Of a DNA stretch of 32,000 bases, positions 1-8,500 are shown one piece after another (position 1 is the stretch's first letter; each line of letters opens with the position of its first letter). A program made the translations under genes and the position numbers. The notes under the pieces were generated by a model, which saw nothing but the letters and a program-made list of their open reading frames with translations, did no database searches and was not told the DNA's origin. The stretch comes from Candidatus Peribacter riflensis (GTDB taxonomy: Bacteria; Patescibacteriota; Gracilibacteria; Peribacterales; Peribacteraceae), in the NCBI GenBank assembly GCA_001430755.1, contig CP013062.1, positions 270,001-302,000 on the forward strand, written 5' to 3'.

Positions 1-1
1 C

Positions 2-706
2 GATCGTATGCGTCGCGAGTTCAAAGTGGAGTCGAACGTCGGCACGCCGCAGGTGGCCTACCGCGAGACGATCCAGAAAGAGGTGGAGCACGAAGAGAAG
101 TACATCAAGCAGACAGGCGGCCGCGGACAGTACGGTCACGTCATTTTCAAGATCATTCCGCAGGAGCCGGGCAAGGGGTACGAATTCGTGAACGAGGTCG
201 TGGGAGGCCGTATTCCCCGCGAGTACATCTCGCCCTGCGACAAGGGTTTCCAGGAGGGCATGACGCGCGGTATCCAGGCCGGCTACCCGGTGGTGGATGT
301 GAAAGTGGAGCTCCTCGATGGTTCCTACCACGATGTCGACTCCTCTGAAATGGCCTTCAAGATCGCCGCATCCATCGGTTTCCAGAATGCCGCCAGAAAG
401 GCAGAGCCGATCATCCTGGAGCCGATCATGAAGGTGGAGATCGTCACGCCCGAGGAGTTTCTCGGCGACGTCATGGGCGATATCAACTCCCGCCGCGGCG
501 TGATCCAGAGTACGGGCGATCGTGGCTCAGCCAAGACGATTCAGGTGAACGTGCCGCTCTCCGAGATGTTCGGCTACGCCACGGATCTGCGCTCCCTCAC
601 GCAGGGCCGCGCCAGCTACTCCATGGAACCCAGTCACTATGCCAAGGTGCCGGGCAACGTGGCAGCCGAGGTGATTGCCAAGCGGGTGGGGGTGGTGAAG
701 AGGTAG
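2..706 (+). CDS. fusA: Elongation factor G, C-terminal ~234 aa (5' end outside window)
   Basis: The frame is open to the window edge. The translation [24 protein letters not shown]...GGRGQYGHV...[28 protein letters not shown]...[16 protein letters not shown] is the typical EF-G domain III-V sequence. TAG stop at 704-706. Confidence 0.95.
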   Translation, partial: DRMRREFKVESNVGTPQVAYRETIQKEVEHEEKYIKQTGGRGQYGHVIFKIIPQEPGKGYEFVNEVVGGRIPREYISPCDKGFQEGMTRGIQAGYPVVDVKVELLDGSYHDVDSSEMAFKIAASIGFQNAARKAEPIILEPIMKVEIVTPEEFLGDVMGDINSRRGVIQSTGDRGSAKTIQVNVPLSEMFGYATDLRSLTQGRASYSMEPSHYAKVPGNVAAEVIAKRVGVVKR

Positions 707-770
707 GGAATAGGGATTAGGGATTAGGACTTAGGACGAAGGGAAAAGGGAAAAGGGAAAAGGAAGAAGG
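704..770 (+). repeat. 7-nt periodic G-rich array beginning at the fusA stop codon
   Basis: The units are TAGGGAA TAGGGAT TAGGGAT TAGGACT TAGGACG (704-738), then GGGAAAA x3 (741-761) and GGAAGAAGG. The 7-nt period places TAG in all three frames. Positions 703-721 are identical to 17716-17734. Confidence 0.85.
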
Positions 771-781
771 ATTGGATGATA

Positions 782-810
782 TTGACTATATAAAATATAT
801 ATTGTATATT
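782..810 (+). promoter_or_regulatory. Sigma70-like promoter TTGACT-N17-TATATT
   Basis: TTGACT lies at 782-787 and TATATT at 805-810, with a 17-nt spacer, inside an AT-rich island ~100 nt upstream of the 909 ORF. Confidence 0.5.
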
Positions 811-908
811 CTTATTTGTCGGTTTTTCACAACTCGTACCTTGGGATGACCCACGATGGGCATTCCGCAAACTTTCCTCTTACCGGGGAAAGAGAAAGGT
901 GAAGAGAC

Positions 909-1232
909 ATGATCGTCTTTCTCACCGCCGTTTCTACTGTCGCTCTCGTGAACTTCTTCCGCGTCCTCGCACGCGATGAGATGTTCAAGGCGGGGATGTT
1001 CCTCGTCACCGCAGTCATCTGCGGTCTGTGGGCGACCGAGCTGCACGTTCCGGGTATGCGGGACTTCATTCCCGGGCCACTGGTGGCTCTGGGAACACTG
1101 TTGTTCTGTATCAGCCTGGAGCGGCATGAGAAGCCTGTCGCACGATGGGTCCTCGGACCCCTCGGGCAGATTCTCGGCGGAGGCTTGGCGATCGCCGGCC
1201 TCATCCTGGCGCAGATCTGCGTCGCGTGGTGA
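909..1232 (+). CDS. Small hydrophobic membrane protein (107 aa, 3-4 predicted TM segments), unknown function
   Basis: ATG is preceded by AGGTGA 6 nt upstream. The translation is dominated by hydrophobic stretches (IVFLTAVSTVALVNFF, FLVTAVICGLWA, LVALGTLLFCI, LGGGLAIAGLILAQI). A promoter lies upstream and a terminator hairpin downstream. Confidence 0.6.
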   Translation: MIVFLTAVSTVALVNFFRVLARDEMFKAGMFLVTAVICGLWATELHVPGMRDFIPGPLVALGTLLFCISLERHEKPVARWVLGPLGQILGGGLAIAGLILAQICVAW

Positions 1233-1250
1233 GGCGCCAAACCGACAAAT

Positions 1251-1287
1251 AAGCGCGGGAGGTATGACCCCCTCTCGCGCTTTCGTC
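1251..1287 (+). terminator. Intrinsic terminator-like hairpin after the small membrane protein gene
   Basis: AAGCGCGGGAGG (1251-1262) pairs with CCTCTCGCGCTT (1271-1282), giving a 12-bp stem with one G-U and an 8-nt loop. It is followed by TCGTCT, a weak U tract. Confidence 0.45.
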
Positions 1288-1354
1288 TGCCTCCACTATT
1301 TTAGTGTATTATCACATTGACACACTCATTCGGACACGGTAGGCTTCTGCTGTT

Positions 1355-1735
1355 ATGGGAAAAAGACGCTTCACCGAAGGCACCTGGAGAACGGATCCAT
1401 TGTTCCGGCGTCTCTGTAAGGCATTTCTCGCCTGCAAGAAAGAGAAGGAGGTAGGGGATTTCCTTCGCGACGTCGCGACCCTTGCCGAATTGAAGGCACT
1501 GAGCGAGCGTCTGGAAGTGGCACGGCTCCTCCTCGCAGGTATCAGTTACCGCGAGGCTGCGAAGTGCGCTCCTTCCAGTACAGCCACCGTCACACGCGTT
1601 GCGGGGTTCCTGAACGGCGGCGAAGGCGGCTACCGTTCCGTCCTCAAGACTCATAGACATCATTCTTCCAAGCGCCCACCTTCGCGCACAGCGCTACGGC
1701 GGGCAAGCGGGGAGAGGATGGTGTCGAAACAGTAA
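1355..1735 (+). CDS. YerC/YecD (TrpR-related) family helix-turn-helix protein
   Basis: The segment EVGDFLRDVATLAELKALSERLEVARLLLAGISYREAAKCAPSSTATVTRVAGFLNGGEGGY matches the conserved core of the Trp-repressor-like YerC/YecD family (L..RL.VA..L..G.SY..I......S.ATI.RV...L..G..GY). Confidence 0.75.
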   Translation: MGKRRFTEGTWRTDPLFRRLCKAFLACKKEKEVGDFLRDVATLAELKALSERLEVARLLLAGISYREAAKCAPSSTATVTRVAGFLNGGEGGYRSVLKTHRHHSSKRPPSRTALRRASGERMVSKQ

Positions 1736-1879
1736 GCGCTTTGTCCGATCGACCTCATCTCCTCCTCGCAGTGCGACGAGGGCGTTCTTTCTCTGTTTCA
1801 ACAGGCGAAGTCCGCTGCATGCGGATCCCACTTTCGGGAGAACGTAGTTTGTCCTTTCACATTGTCGGAGGAACGAAAG

Positions 1880-2953
1880 ATGAGCGTAGACACGCGGTAC
1901 AACGAGGTTGGTCGGAACGCCGGACTGCGGTATGGCATCATAGAGGTCACAACCCGATGCCAGCTGCGGTGCCCGGGTTGCTACATGGTCCGGCGTAATG
2001 CCCTGAACGATGGCGCCATGTCGCTCAAAGAGGCCATACGCATCCTCGACCTGTGCAGGCAGTACAGGTCTGGTGAGGAGCTCGAGACCATGGACATTTT
2101 GGGTGGGGAACCTCTGCTCTGGTCCCACCTGAAGTCCTACGTCAGCGAGCTGCTCCAACGCGGGATTCTGCCGTGGATTTTCACCAATATGGTGGCAATC
2201 ACCCCGGAGATGGCTTGCTGGCTCTTTGAACGCCGTGTGCACATCACAGGCAAGCTCAATATCGCTGATCCCGGCGACCCGGCGCAGATCAGACTTCAGG
2301 TCGAGATGATCGGTCGGGACGAGGGGATGGCGAGACGGATGATCGAGGGGATCAATGTTTTTCTCGAAGCGGGGTACAGGGATCCGCTCTTCCGTCTCCA
2401 GAATCTGGTTCGGAAGAAGAATCTGAATCTCATTCCGGGCTACATCGAGTTCTGCCGGTCACGCGGCATCGGGGTGGATCTTGAGCTCATGGGATCAGGC
2501 GAGCCGATTGGCCCGGAATACTTCGCGGTTGCGCCGACGGCGCAGGAGTTGGCCGATTTCATCCGGGGGCTGCAGGAGCGCGGGAAACAGAACGCCATTC
2601 CTGAATTCTGCGATCCGATCAGCAAGCTTCTGATGCCCCATGTATTCGGCTCCTGCCCCTTCTACGACAAGGGTTTGTACTTCGCAGTTGACGGGCACAT
2701 CCGGTCCTGTAGCAATAGCACCGTGCAGCTGGCCCATGTTTCCGATCCAGATCCCATCCGTGCGGCGTACGAGTCCCCGCTCATCTGCACCCGCAAGGCA
2801 CTGACCAAAAGTACGGTCGGGCAGCCATGCGGGACGTGCGATCGCTGGGATAAGTGTCGCGGAGGCTGCCGGGCCACCGTGGAGGGCATGGGCGACCCCT
2901 TCGGTGGCTACACGCTCTGCCCGCTTCCTCTCCTTCGCGGATCCTCCGAATGA
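1880..2953 (+). CDS. Radical SAM enzyme with C-terminal SPASM domain (peptide/protein-modifying type)
   Basis: CX3CX2C cluster motif at EVTTRCQLRCPGCYM. The full SPASM signature is present: CPFYDKGLYFAVDGHIRSC ... CGTCDRWDKCRGGC ... LCP. ATG at 1880 has GGAGG 8 nt upstream; the ORF track starts at TTG 1862. Confidence 0.9.
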   Translation: MSVDTRYNEVGRNAGLRYGIIEVTTRCQLRCPGCYMVRRNALNDGAMSLKEAIRILDLCRQYRSGEELETMDILGGEPLLWSHLKSYVSELLQRGILPWIFTNMVAITPEMACWLFERRVHITGKLNIADPGDPAQIRLQVEMIGRDEGMARRMIEGINVFLEAGYRDPLFRLQNLVRKKNLNLIPGYIEFCRSRGIGVDLELMGSGEPIGPEYFAVAPTAQELADFIRGLQERGKQNAIPEFCDPISKLLMPHVFGSCPFYDKGLYFAVDGHIRSCSNSTVQLAHVSDPDPIRAAYESPLICTRKALTKSTVGQPCGTCDRWDKCRGGCRATVEGMGDPFGGYTLCPLPLLRGSSE

Positions 2954-2958
2954 TTCAT

Positions 2959-2998
2959 GGGGTCTCAGCGTCTTTGTACGCTGAGACCCCTCTTATTC
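2959..2998 (+). terminator. Strong intrinsic terminator-like hairpin right after the radical SAM stop codon
   Basis: GGGGTCTCAGCG (2959-2970) pairs perfectly with CGCTGAGACCCC (2979-2990), giving a 12-bp stem and an 8-nt loop, followed by TCTTATTC. Confidence 0.65.
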
Positions 2999-3000
2999 AC

Positions 3001-3534
3001 ATGATCAAGATGGATCCAAAGATCCTTGCACAGGCCCGGAAAAAATTCAGAGAACTCTCTGAACGATTTGACGGTTTTATGACAGTCATTCTCGATAACT
3101 GGCGTGGCTATCGGTTCATCTATGATCTTGAGAGAGCATCTTGCTGCAGGTATGGGTGCCCCCGGTGTCCGCTGTACCAGCTCTTAAAGAACGAAAGTAG
3201 CGGCTTGTTTTCGGCCGCTTTGCTTCCTGCAAATTCCGATGACAAGCTCTTGTTCGGTCCTCAGAACTTTCTCAACTGCAAAAGTCTTGCTGAATATCAG
3301 GATGGTTACTCAAACTTTCTCGTGCGAAAGTGTTTCACCAGAAAAGAGATATGTGGGGAATTGGATTTGGTAAGGGAAATGCGCGTGATTTATTCGAGAA
3401 GCGGTTCATTGAGGCGCATTGAGATGAAATTTAAGAAAGGTGTCATCAGCAAAGCCTTGAAGCTGGCAAAGCCGGAACAGAAGAGGCTCATCCGGGGATA
3501 CCTCAAGCAGCATCCGGATTTCTTTACCGTATAA
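3001..3534 (+). CDS. Cys-rich hypothetical protein (177 aa; motif SCCRYGCPRCP), low-GC ORF
   Basis: The ORF has protein-like composition and 7 Cys, four of them within 10 residues. GC is ~45% against ~60-70% in the flanks. The start is uncertain: ATG 3001 lies after the hairpin, or ATG 2950 overlaps the rSAM stop as ATGA. Confidence 0.6.
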   Translation: MIKMDPKILAQARKKFRELSERFDGFMTVILDNWRGYRFIYDLERASCCRYGCPRCPLYQLLKNESSGLFSAALLPANSDDKLLFGPQNFLNCKSLAEYQDGYSNFLVRKCFTRKEICGELDLVREMRVIYSRSGSLRRIEMKFKKGVISKALKLAKPEQKRLIRGYLKQHPDFFTV

Positions 3535-3572
3535 GCTAAGATCGCGGGATTCCCCTGTGTCATACTGGAGTC

Positions 3573-4547
3573 ATGCATGAGGTCTTCATCCATCGGTGTC
3601 TGGAGCTCTCAGAACACGGCCGGGGCTGCGTCGGCACGAACCCGCTCGTCGGGGCCGTGCTCGTCCGTAACGGAAAGATCATTGCAGAGGCGTTTCACGA
3701 AGGCTTTGGCGGGCGGCATGCGGAGCGCGCGCTCCTCGAGGATTTTCGCGGGGCAATCGAACCTGCGGATATCCTCTACGTCAATCTGGAGCCCTGTTGT
3801 CACCAGGGAAAAACTCCTGCCTGTACCGATATCATCCGCAAGAGGGGAATCAAACATGTGGTGTTCGGCATGATCGATCCGGATGCTCAAGTGTCGGGGA
3901 AGGGGATTGCCTGCCTGCTCAAGGCGGGGATCCGTGTCACGGGTCCCGTAGAGCGTGCGCAGTGCGAGTGGCTCAACCGCGGATTCATTTCACTCCGCAC
4001 GAAGGGCCGTTCGTGGGTGACCCTCCACAGTGCCCGGACAAAGAACGGAGCCATTGCCCGGCCGGATGGGAGCCCGCTCAAGATCACTTCCAAGGAGCAG
4101 GACTGCTGGACGCATACGTGGCTTCGAGCCCGTCATGATGCCATTCTCGTCGGTGTGCAGACGATCGTGACGGACGATCCACAGTTGAATACAAGATTTG
4201 TTCAAGATTTACCCTCTCCGCTGCGAGTGATCCTCGATCCACACCTGCGTCTTCCGCTCACAGCCAGGGTAGTGACCGGCGAAAGCGCATCCGGCACGGT
4301 GATGATCACCTCTTCCGGAAGTGATGCAGCCAAACGGCAGGCGCTTCAGGAGAGGGGAGTCACGGTGGCCGAGATTCCTCTCGCAAACGGCTTGTTCGAT
4401 CTTCCAGAGCTCTGGAAGGCGCTTGGTACTCCTTCCGGTTCCTTCCACGGCATTGCGTCGGTTCTGATCGAAGGGGGAGAGAAGACGTGGAAGAACTTCC
4501 GGGAGGCAGGGTGCATCGACGAAGAGGTGACGCTGATCGGATCCTGA
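3573..4547 (+). CDS. ribD: Bifunctional riboflavin biosynthesis protein RibD (pyrimidine deaminase / uracil reductase)
   Basis: Deaminase motifs GGRHAERALL and LEPCCHQGKTPACTD are present. The C-terminal RibD_C-like reductase part reads LRARHDAILVGVQTIVTDDPQLNTR ... VLIEGGEKTW. Confidence 0.9.
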   Translation: MHEVFIHRCLELSEHGRGCVGTNPLVGAVLVRNGKIIAEAFHEGFGGRHAERALLEDFRGAIEPADILYVNLEPCCHQGKTPACTDIIRKRGIKHVVFGMIDPDAQVSGKGIACLLKAGIRVTGPVERAQCEWLNRGFISLRTKGRSWVTLHSARTKNGAIARPDGSPLKITSKEQDCWTHTWLRARHDAILVGVQTIVTDDPQLNTRFVQDLPSPLRVILDPHLRLPLTARVVTGESASGTVMITSSGSDAAKRQALQERGVTVAEIPLANGLFDLPELWKALGTPSGSFHGIASVLIEGGEKTWKNFREAGCIDEEVTLIGS

Positions 4548-4565
4548 AGGATTCCTTACGTATCG

Positions 4566-5261
4566 TCACTGCCACTTCCCGATAGGGTACATGATGCGGT
4601 TTCCCACGCGGTACAGGAAGGAGAAGAACTTCTGCTGGAGCTGAAAACGGGCAGGGAGCGTGCCGGTTTGCGCATAGGTCTTCACGATGCGTCCGAAACG
4701 CTTCCCCTGACGGCGCATGGCCTGCAGGCTCCCGGGCCTTCGATCCACCACCAGGCCGAAGCGGCCGCGACCCAGCATGCAGCGCGGTTCGAAGTGCCTG
4801 CCGAGGATGGTTGCCCCGTAGTACTTGAATGCCTCGGTGACGGAGAGGGTGGTGAGGAACATGAGTGCACGCCAGGCGAGCAGAGGGGCACCGCCGGCGA
4901 AGATGAAGGAGACGGGAAGACCTTTCAGCTGTCCTCTGGACCGTGTCTGCTGGTCGAGGGCGACCGCGCCTATCCGGTCGATGACGTTCTTCAGGTGCGC
5001 CGGCACCGAAAAATTCCAGATGGGTGTGGCGATGACGAGGCCTTTCGCCGAGAGCAGCAGATCCTGGATACGGCAGAAATCGTCCCCGCTCGGACACGAT
5101 GGATCGTAGTGTGCGAGCGTGAAATGCTCGATCGAGAGGTCTTTGAGACGCAGTTTCTCCACGGCAATACCCTCATCAGCAATGCCCATGGAAAAGGCTT
5201 CCGCCAGCACGGCGCTGTTGCTCGGCTCATTCGTGCCGGCGACGAGAACGAGGACAGGCAT
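4566..5261 (-). CDS. NAD(P)H-dependent FMN reductase / flavodoxin-fold oxidoreductase
   Basis: The sequence MPVLVLVAGTNEPSNSAVLAEAF...GLVIATPIWNFSVPAHLKNVIDR is typical of the FMN_red family. The start was chosen at MPVLV (5261); the ORF extends to 5459 but that extension overlaps the nrdJ control region. Confidence 0.75.
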   Translation of the reverse strand: MPVLVLVAGTNEPSNSAVLAEAFSMGIADEGIAVEKLRLKDLSIEHFTLAHYDPSCPSGDDFCRIQDLLLSAKGLVIATPIWNFSVPAHLKNVIDRIGAVALDQQTRSRGQLKGLPVSFIFAGGAPLLAWRALMFLTTLSVTEAFKYYGATILGRHFEPRCMLGRGRFGLVVDRRPGSLQAMRRQGKRFGRIVKTYAQTGTLPARFQLQQKFFSFLYRVGNRIMYPIGKWQ

Positions 5262-5453
5262 GCGTACATCATAGGGGAAGAACGCCGGCGTCGGGAGCCC
5301 AGGGGATTTCCCCTTTACTGCTTTTTGAAAATGATCCGCACTCACCATCATCCCATCTTTTCCCCATGAGGATTTTGTGCGACAGTAGCCCCCTTTTCGC
5401 AGGTGGACTGTTCGGGCGTCCACGAACTTCCCGACATTGACCGGACCGAAGAC

Positions 5454-5501
5454 CATCAATATCTTGTGTCATTGCACGGTCTGACACACAAGATACTGTG
5501 T
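5454..5501 (+). promoter_or_regulatory. Two NrdR-box-like 16-bp palindromes spaced 32 bp (start to start) upstream of nrdJ
   Basis: CATCAATATCTTGTGT (5454-5469) and ACACAAGATACTGTGT (5486-5501) were compared with the published NrdR-box consensus acaCwAtATaTwGtgt, giving about 12/16 and 14/16 matches. They sit 26-73 nt upstream of the nrdJ ATG. Confidence 0.6.
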
Positions 5502-5526
5502 CATCCATTCCTTACGTCACTCTCCC

Positions 5527-8500
5527 ATGCAGCCGCTTTCATCCGTCTCCCGTTCCGTTGAGCAGTCCTCCTCCGGCCGTTCCAAGCGCGGGGGGCTCTC
5601 CATCCGCCGGCTCTTCACGACGCCCGGCAATGATCCCTTAGAGGAGGTGGCGTGTGAGCAGCGAACGAGCCGGATCAAGAATCCGGATGGCTCGATTGTC
5701 TCTGAAATGGAGGGGGTGGAGGTTCCGGTGGAGTGGAGCCAGATGGCCACCGACATCATGGTGAGCAAGTACTTCCGCCGTGCGGGGATTCCCCAGTCCG
5801 ATGCGCGCGGGGAGCTCATCCGTGACGCGGAGGGGAATCTGGTGATGGGACCGGAGCAGTCGGTGAAGCAGGTCATCCGGCGGCTCGCCGGGTGCTGGCG
5901 GCACTGGGGGCAGCAGGAGGGGTACTTCGAGACGGCGCAGGACGCGCAGGCGTTCGAAGACGATCTCTCGTACATGCTCATTCATCAGATGGCTGCGCCG
6001 AACAGCCCGCAGTGGTTCAACACCGGTCTCAATTACGCCTACGGCATCACGGGGCCGGCACAGGGCCACTACTACGCCGATCCCAAGACGGGCGAGGTGC
6101 ACGAGAGCACCGATGCCTACACGCATCCCCAGCCCCACGCGTGCTTCATTCTGTCCGTCAAAGATGACATGGTGAATCCCGGCGGCATCATGGATCTGTG
6201 GGTCCGCGAGGCGCGCCTCTTCAAGTACGGGTCGGGCACGGGCTCGAATTTCTCCAAGCTGCGTGCAGCGGGGGAGCCGCTCTCGGGCGGGGGGATGAGC
6301 TCCGGGCTCATGAGTTTTCTCAAGATCGGTGACCGCGCGGCCGGAGCCGTCAAATCCGGCGGCACGACGCGCCGCGCCGCGAAGATGGTTTGTCTCGATC
6401 TCGATCATCCCGACATTCTGGAGTTCATCGAGTGGAAGTCGAAGGAAGAAAAGAAAGTCGCGGCGCTCGCGGATGCGGGGTACTCCACCGACTTCAACGA
6501 CGAGGCCTACCAGACGGTTTCGGGCCAGAACTCCAATAACTCCGTGCGCGTTCCACATCGTTTCTTTCAGGCGGTGGAGGAGGATGGCGAATGGCCGCTC
6601 TTCTGGCGCACGGAACTCAAGCGCGCCGAGGCCGAGGGGCGCAAACCCCAATCATGCCGCTCTCTGCGCGCCCGCGAGCTCTGGGAGAAGATCGGCTTCG
6701 CCGCCTGGGTCTGTGCCGATCCGGGGGTGCAGTACGACACGACGATCAATGACTGGCACACCTGTCCCGCCGACGGACGCATCGCAGCCAGCAACCCCTG
6801 CAGCGAGTACATGTTCCTCGACAACACGGCCTGCAACCTCGCCTCGATCAATCTGCTCAAGTTCTACAACGAAGAGACGCAGCGGCTCGATGTCGAGGCC
6901 TTTCGCCATGCCGTGCGTCTGTGGACCATCGTCCTCGAGATTTCGGTGCTCATGGCGCAGTTCCCCAGCCGCGAGATCGCCGAGCTCAGCTATCGCTACC
7001 GCACGCTGGGGCTGGGCCATGCCAACCTGGGCGCGCTCCTCATGCGCATGGGCATTCCGTACGATGCTCCTGCCGCGCGCGCGTTCGCCGCGGGCGTCAC
7101 CGCCATCCTCACGGGCGAGGCGTATGCCGTCTCTGCCGAGATGTCTGACAAACTCGGTCCCTTCGAAGGATTCGCCCGCAATCGCGAGCACATGCTCCGT
7201 GTCATCCGCAATCACCGCCGCGCCGCGTACGATGCCCCTGCACGCGAGTACGAGGGGCTGCATGTGCTGCCGGTGGGCATCGACCAGAAGTTGGCGCTCC
7301 CTGAGCTGCTGACCGTAGCCAAAGAGTGCTGGGACCGGGCGCTGGCCCTGGGGGAGGAGCACGGCTACCGCAATGCACAGGTGACCGTCATCGCGCCCAC
7401 GGGCACGATCGGGCTCCTCATGGATTGCGACACGACGGGCATCGAGCCGGATTTTGCCCTCGTGAAGTTCAAGAAGCTCGCTGGAGGCGGCTCCATGAAG
7501 ATCGTCAATCAATCCATGCCGTCCGCGCTCCAGATCCTCGGCTATACCGATGTCCAGATCCGCGACATCATGCGCTGGGTCTTGGGCACGTTGAGCCTGG
7601 AGGGTGCGCCCTACATCAACCGCGAATCCCTCAAGCGCAAAGGGTTCCTCGACGAGGATATTGCAAAGGTCGAGAAGGGACTGCGTCAGGCCTTTGATCT
7701 GCGCTCCGCCTTCTCGAACTGGGCCATCGGGCCTGAGGTGCTCACGCGCGTGGGGTTCCCGCCCAAGCGCGCAGATGAGCCCGGGTTCGACCTTCTCTCC
7801 GCTCTCGGATTCACCGATCAGCAGATCGAAGAGGCCAACAGCGTCGTCTGCGGCCGTATGACGGTGGAAGGGGCGCCGCACCTCAAGCCCGAACATCTGC
7901 CGGTCTTCGACTGTGCCAGCCGCTGCGGCAAGTACGGACAGCGCCTCATTTCCGTCGAGGGGCACATCCGGATGATGGCGGCCATTCAGCCGTTCATCAC
8001 GGGCGCTATTTCGAAGACGATCAACCTGCCCAACGAGGCGACAGTCGAAGATATCAAAAATGCCTACCTGCTCTCGTGGAAGCTTGGGCTCAAGGCCAAC
8101 GCGCTCTACCGCGACGGGTGCAAGCTGAGCCAGCCTCTCGCCGCCGTTTCCCGCAAGGCCAAGCAGGCCGAGGCGGAGCCGGCGGTCCAGCGTGAAGTGC
8201 TGGAACGGATCGTGGTGAAGGAGGTGCCCCGGCGCCGCAAGCTCCCCGATGAGCGCCCGTCTCTCACGCACAAGTTCTCCGTTGCGGGGCACGAGGGCTA
8301 CCTGCACGTGGGGCTCTACGAAGACGGCAAGCCCGGTGAAATCTTCATCAAGATGGCCAAAGAGGGCTCCACGCTCTCGGGCGTCATGGATACGCTGGCC
8401 CTGAGTCTCTCGATGAACCTGCAGTACGGCGTTCCGCTCGAAGTCCTGTGCGATAAACTGGTGCGCACGCGCTTTGAACCGATGGGCATGACCACCAACA

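Noticed and set aside
704-770. Short tandem repeats as a CRISPR array
   Set aside because: The units are 7 nt with no spacers, and no cas genes are present. The same reasoning applies to 16806-16925 and 27394-27487.
1741-1998. 85-codon ORF overlapping the rSAM start as a possible RiPP precursor
   Set aside because: It starts at TTG, is out of frame with and largely inside the rSAM gene, and has Arg/Ser-rich composition. There is no leader or core features.
2854-2949. Upstream part of the 226-aa ORF (2854-3534) overlapping the rSAM 3' end
   Set aside because: It lies out of frame within the SPASM-domain coding region, is Arg/Gly/His-rich, and has the GC content of the rSAM gene. The plausible starts are 2950 or 3001.
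3535-3572. FMN riboswitch (RFN element) upstream of ribD
   Set aside because: The gap is only 38 nt, which is far too short for the ~130-nt RFN element.
5262-5526. Cobalamin riboswitch in the nrdJ 5' region
   Set aside because: I could not find a B12-box-like core or the multi-stem architecture. The distance from the likely promoter to the ATG is too short. The region is better explained by NrdR-type operators. A covariance-model scan would settle it.
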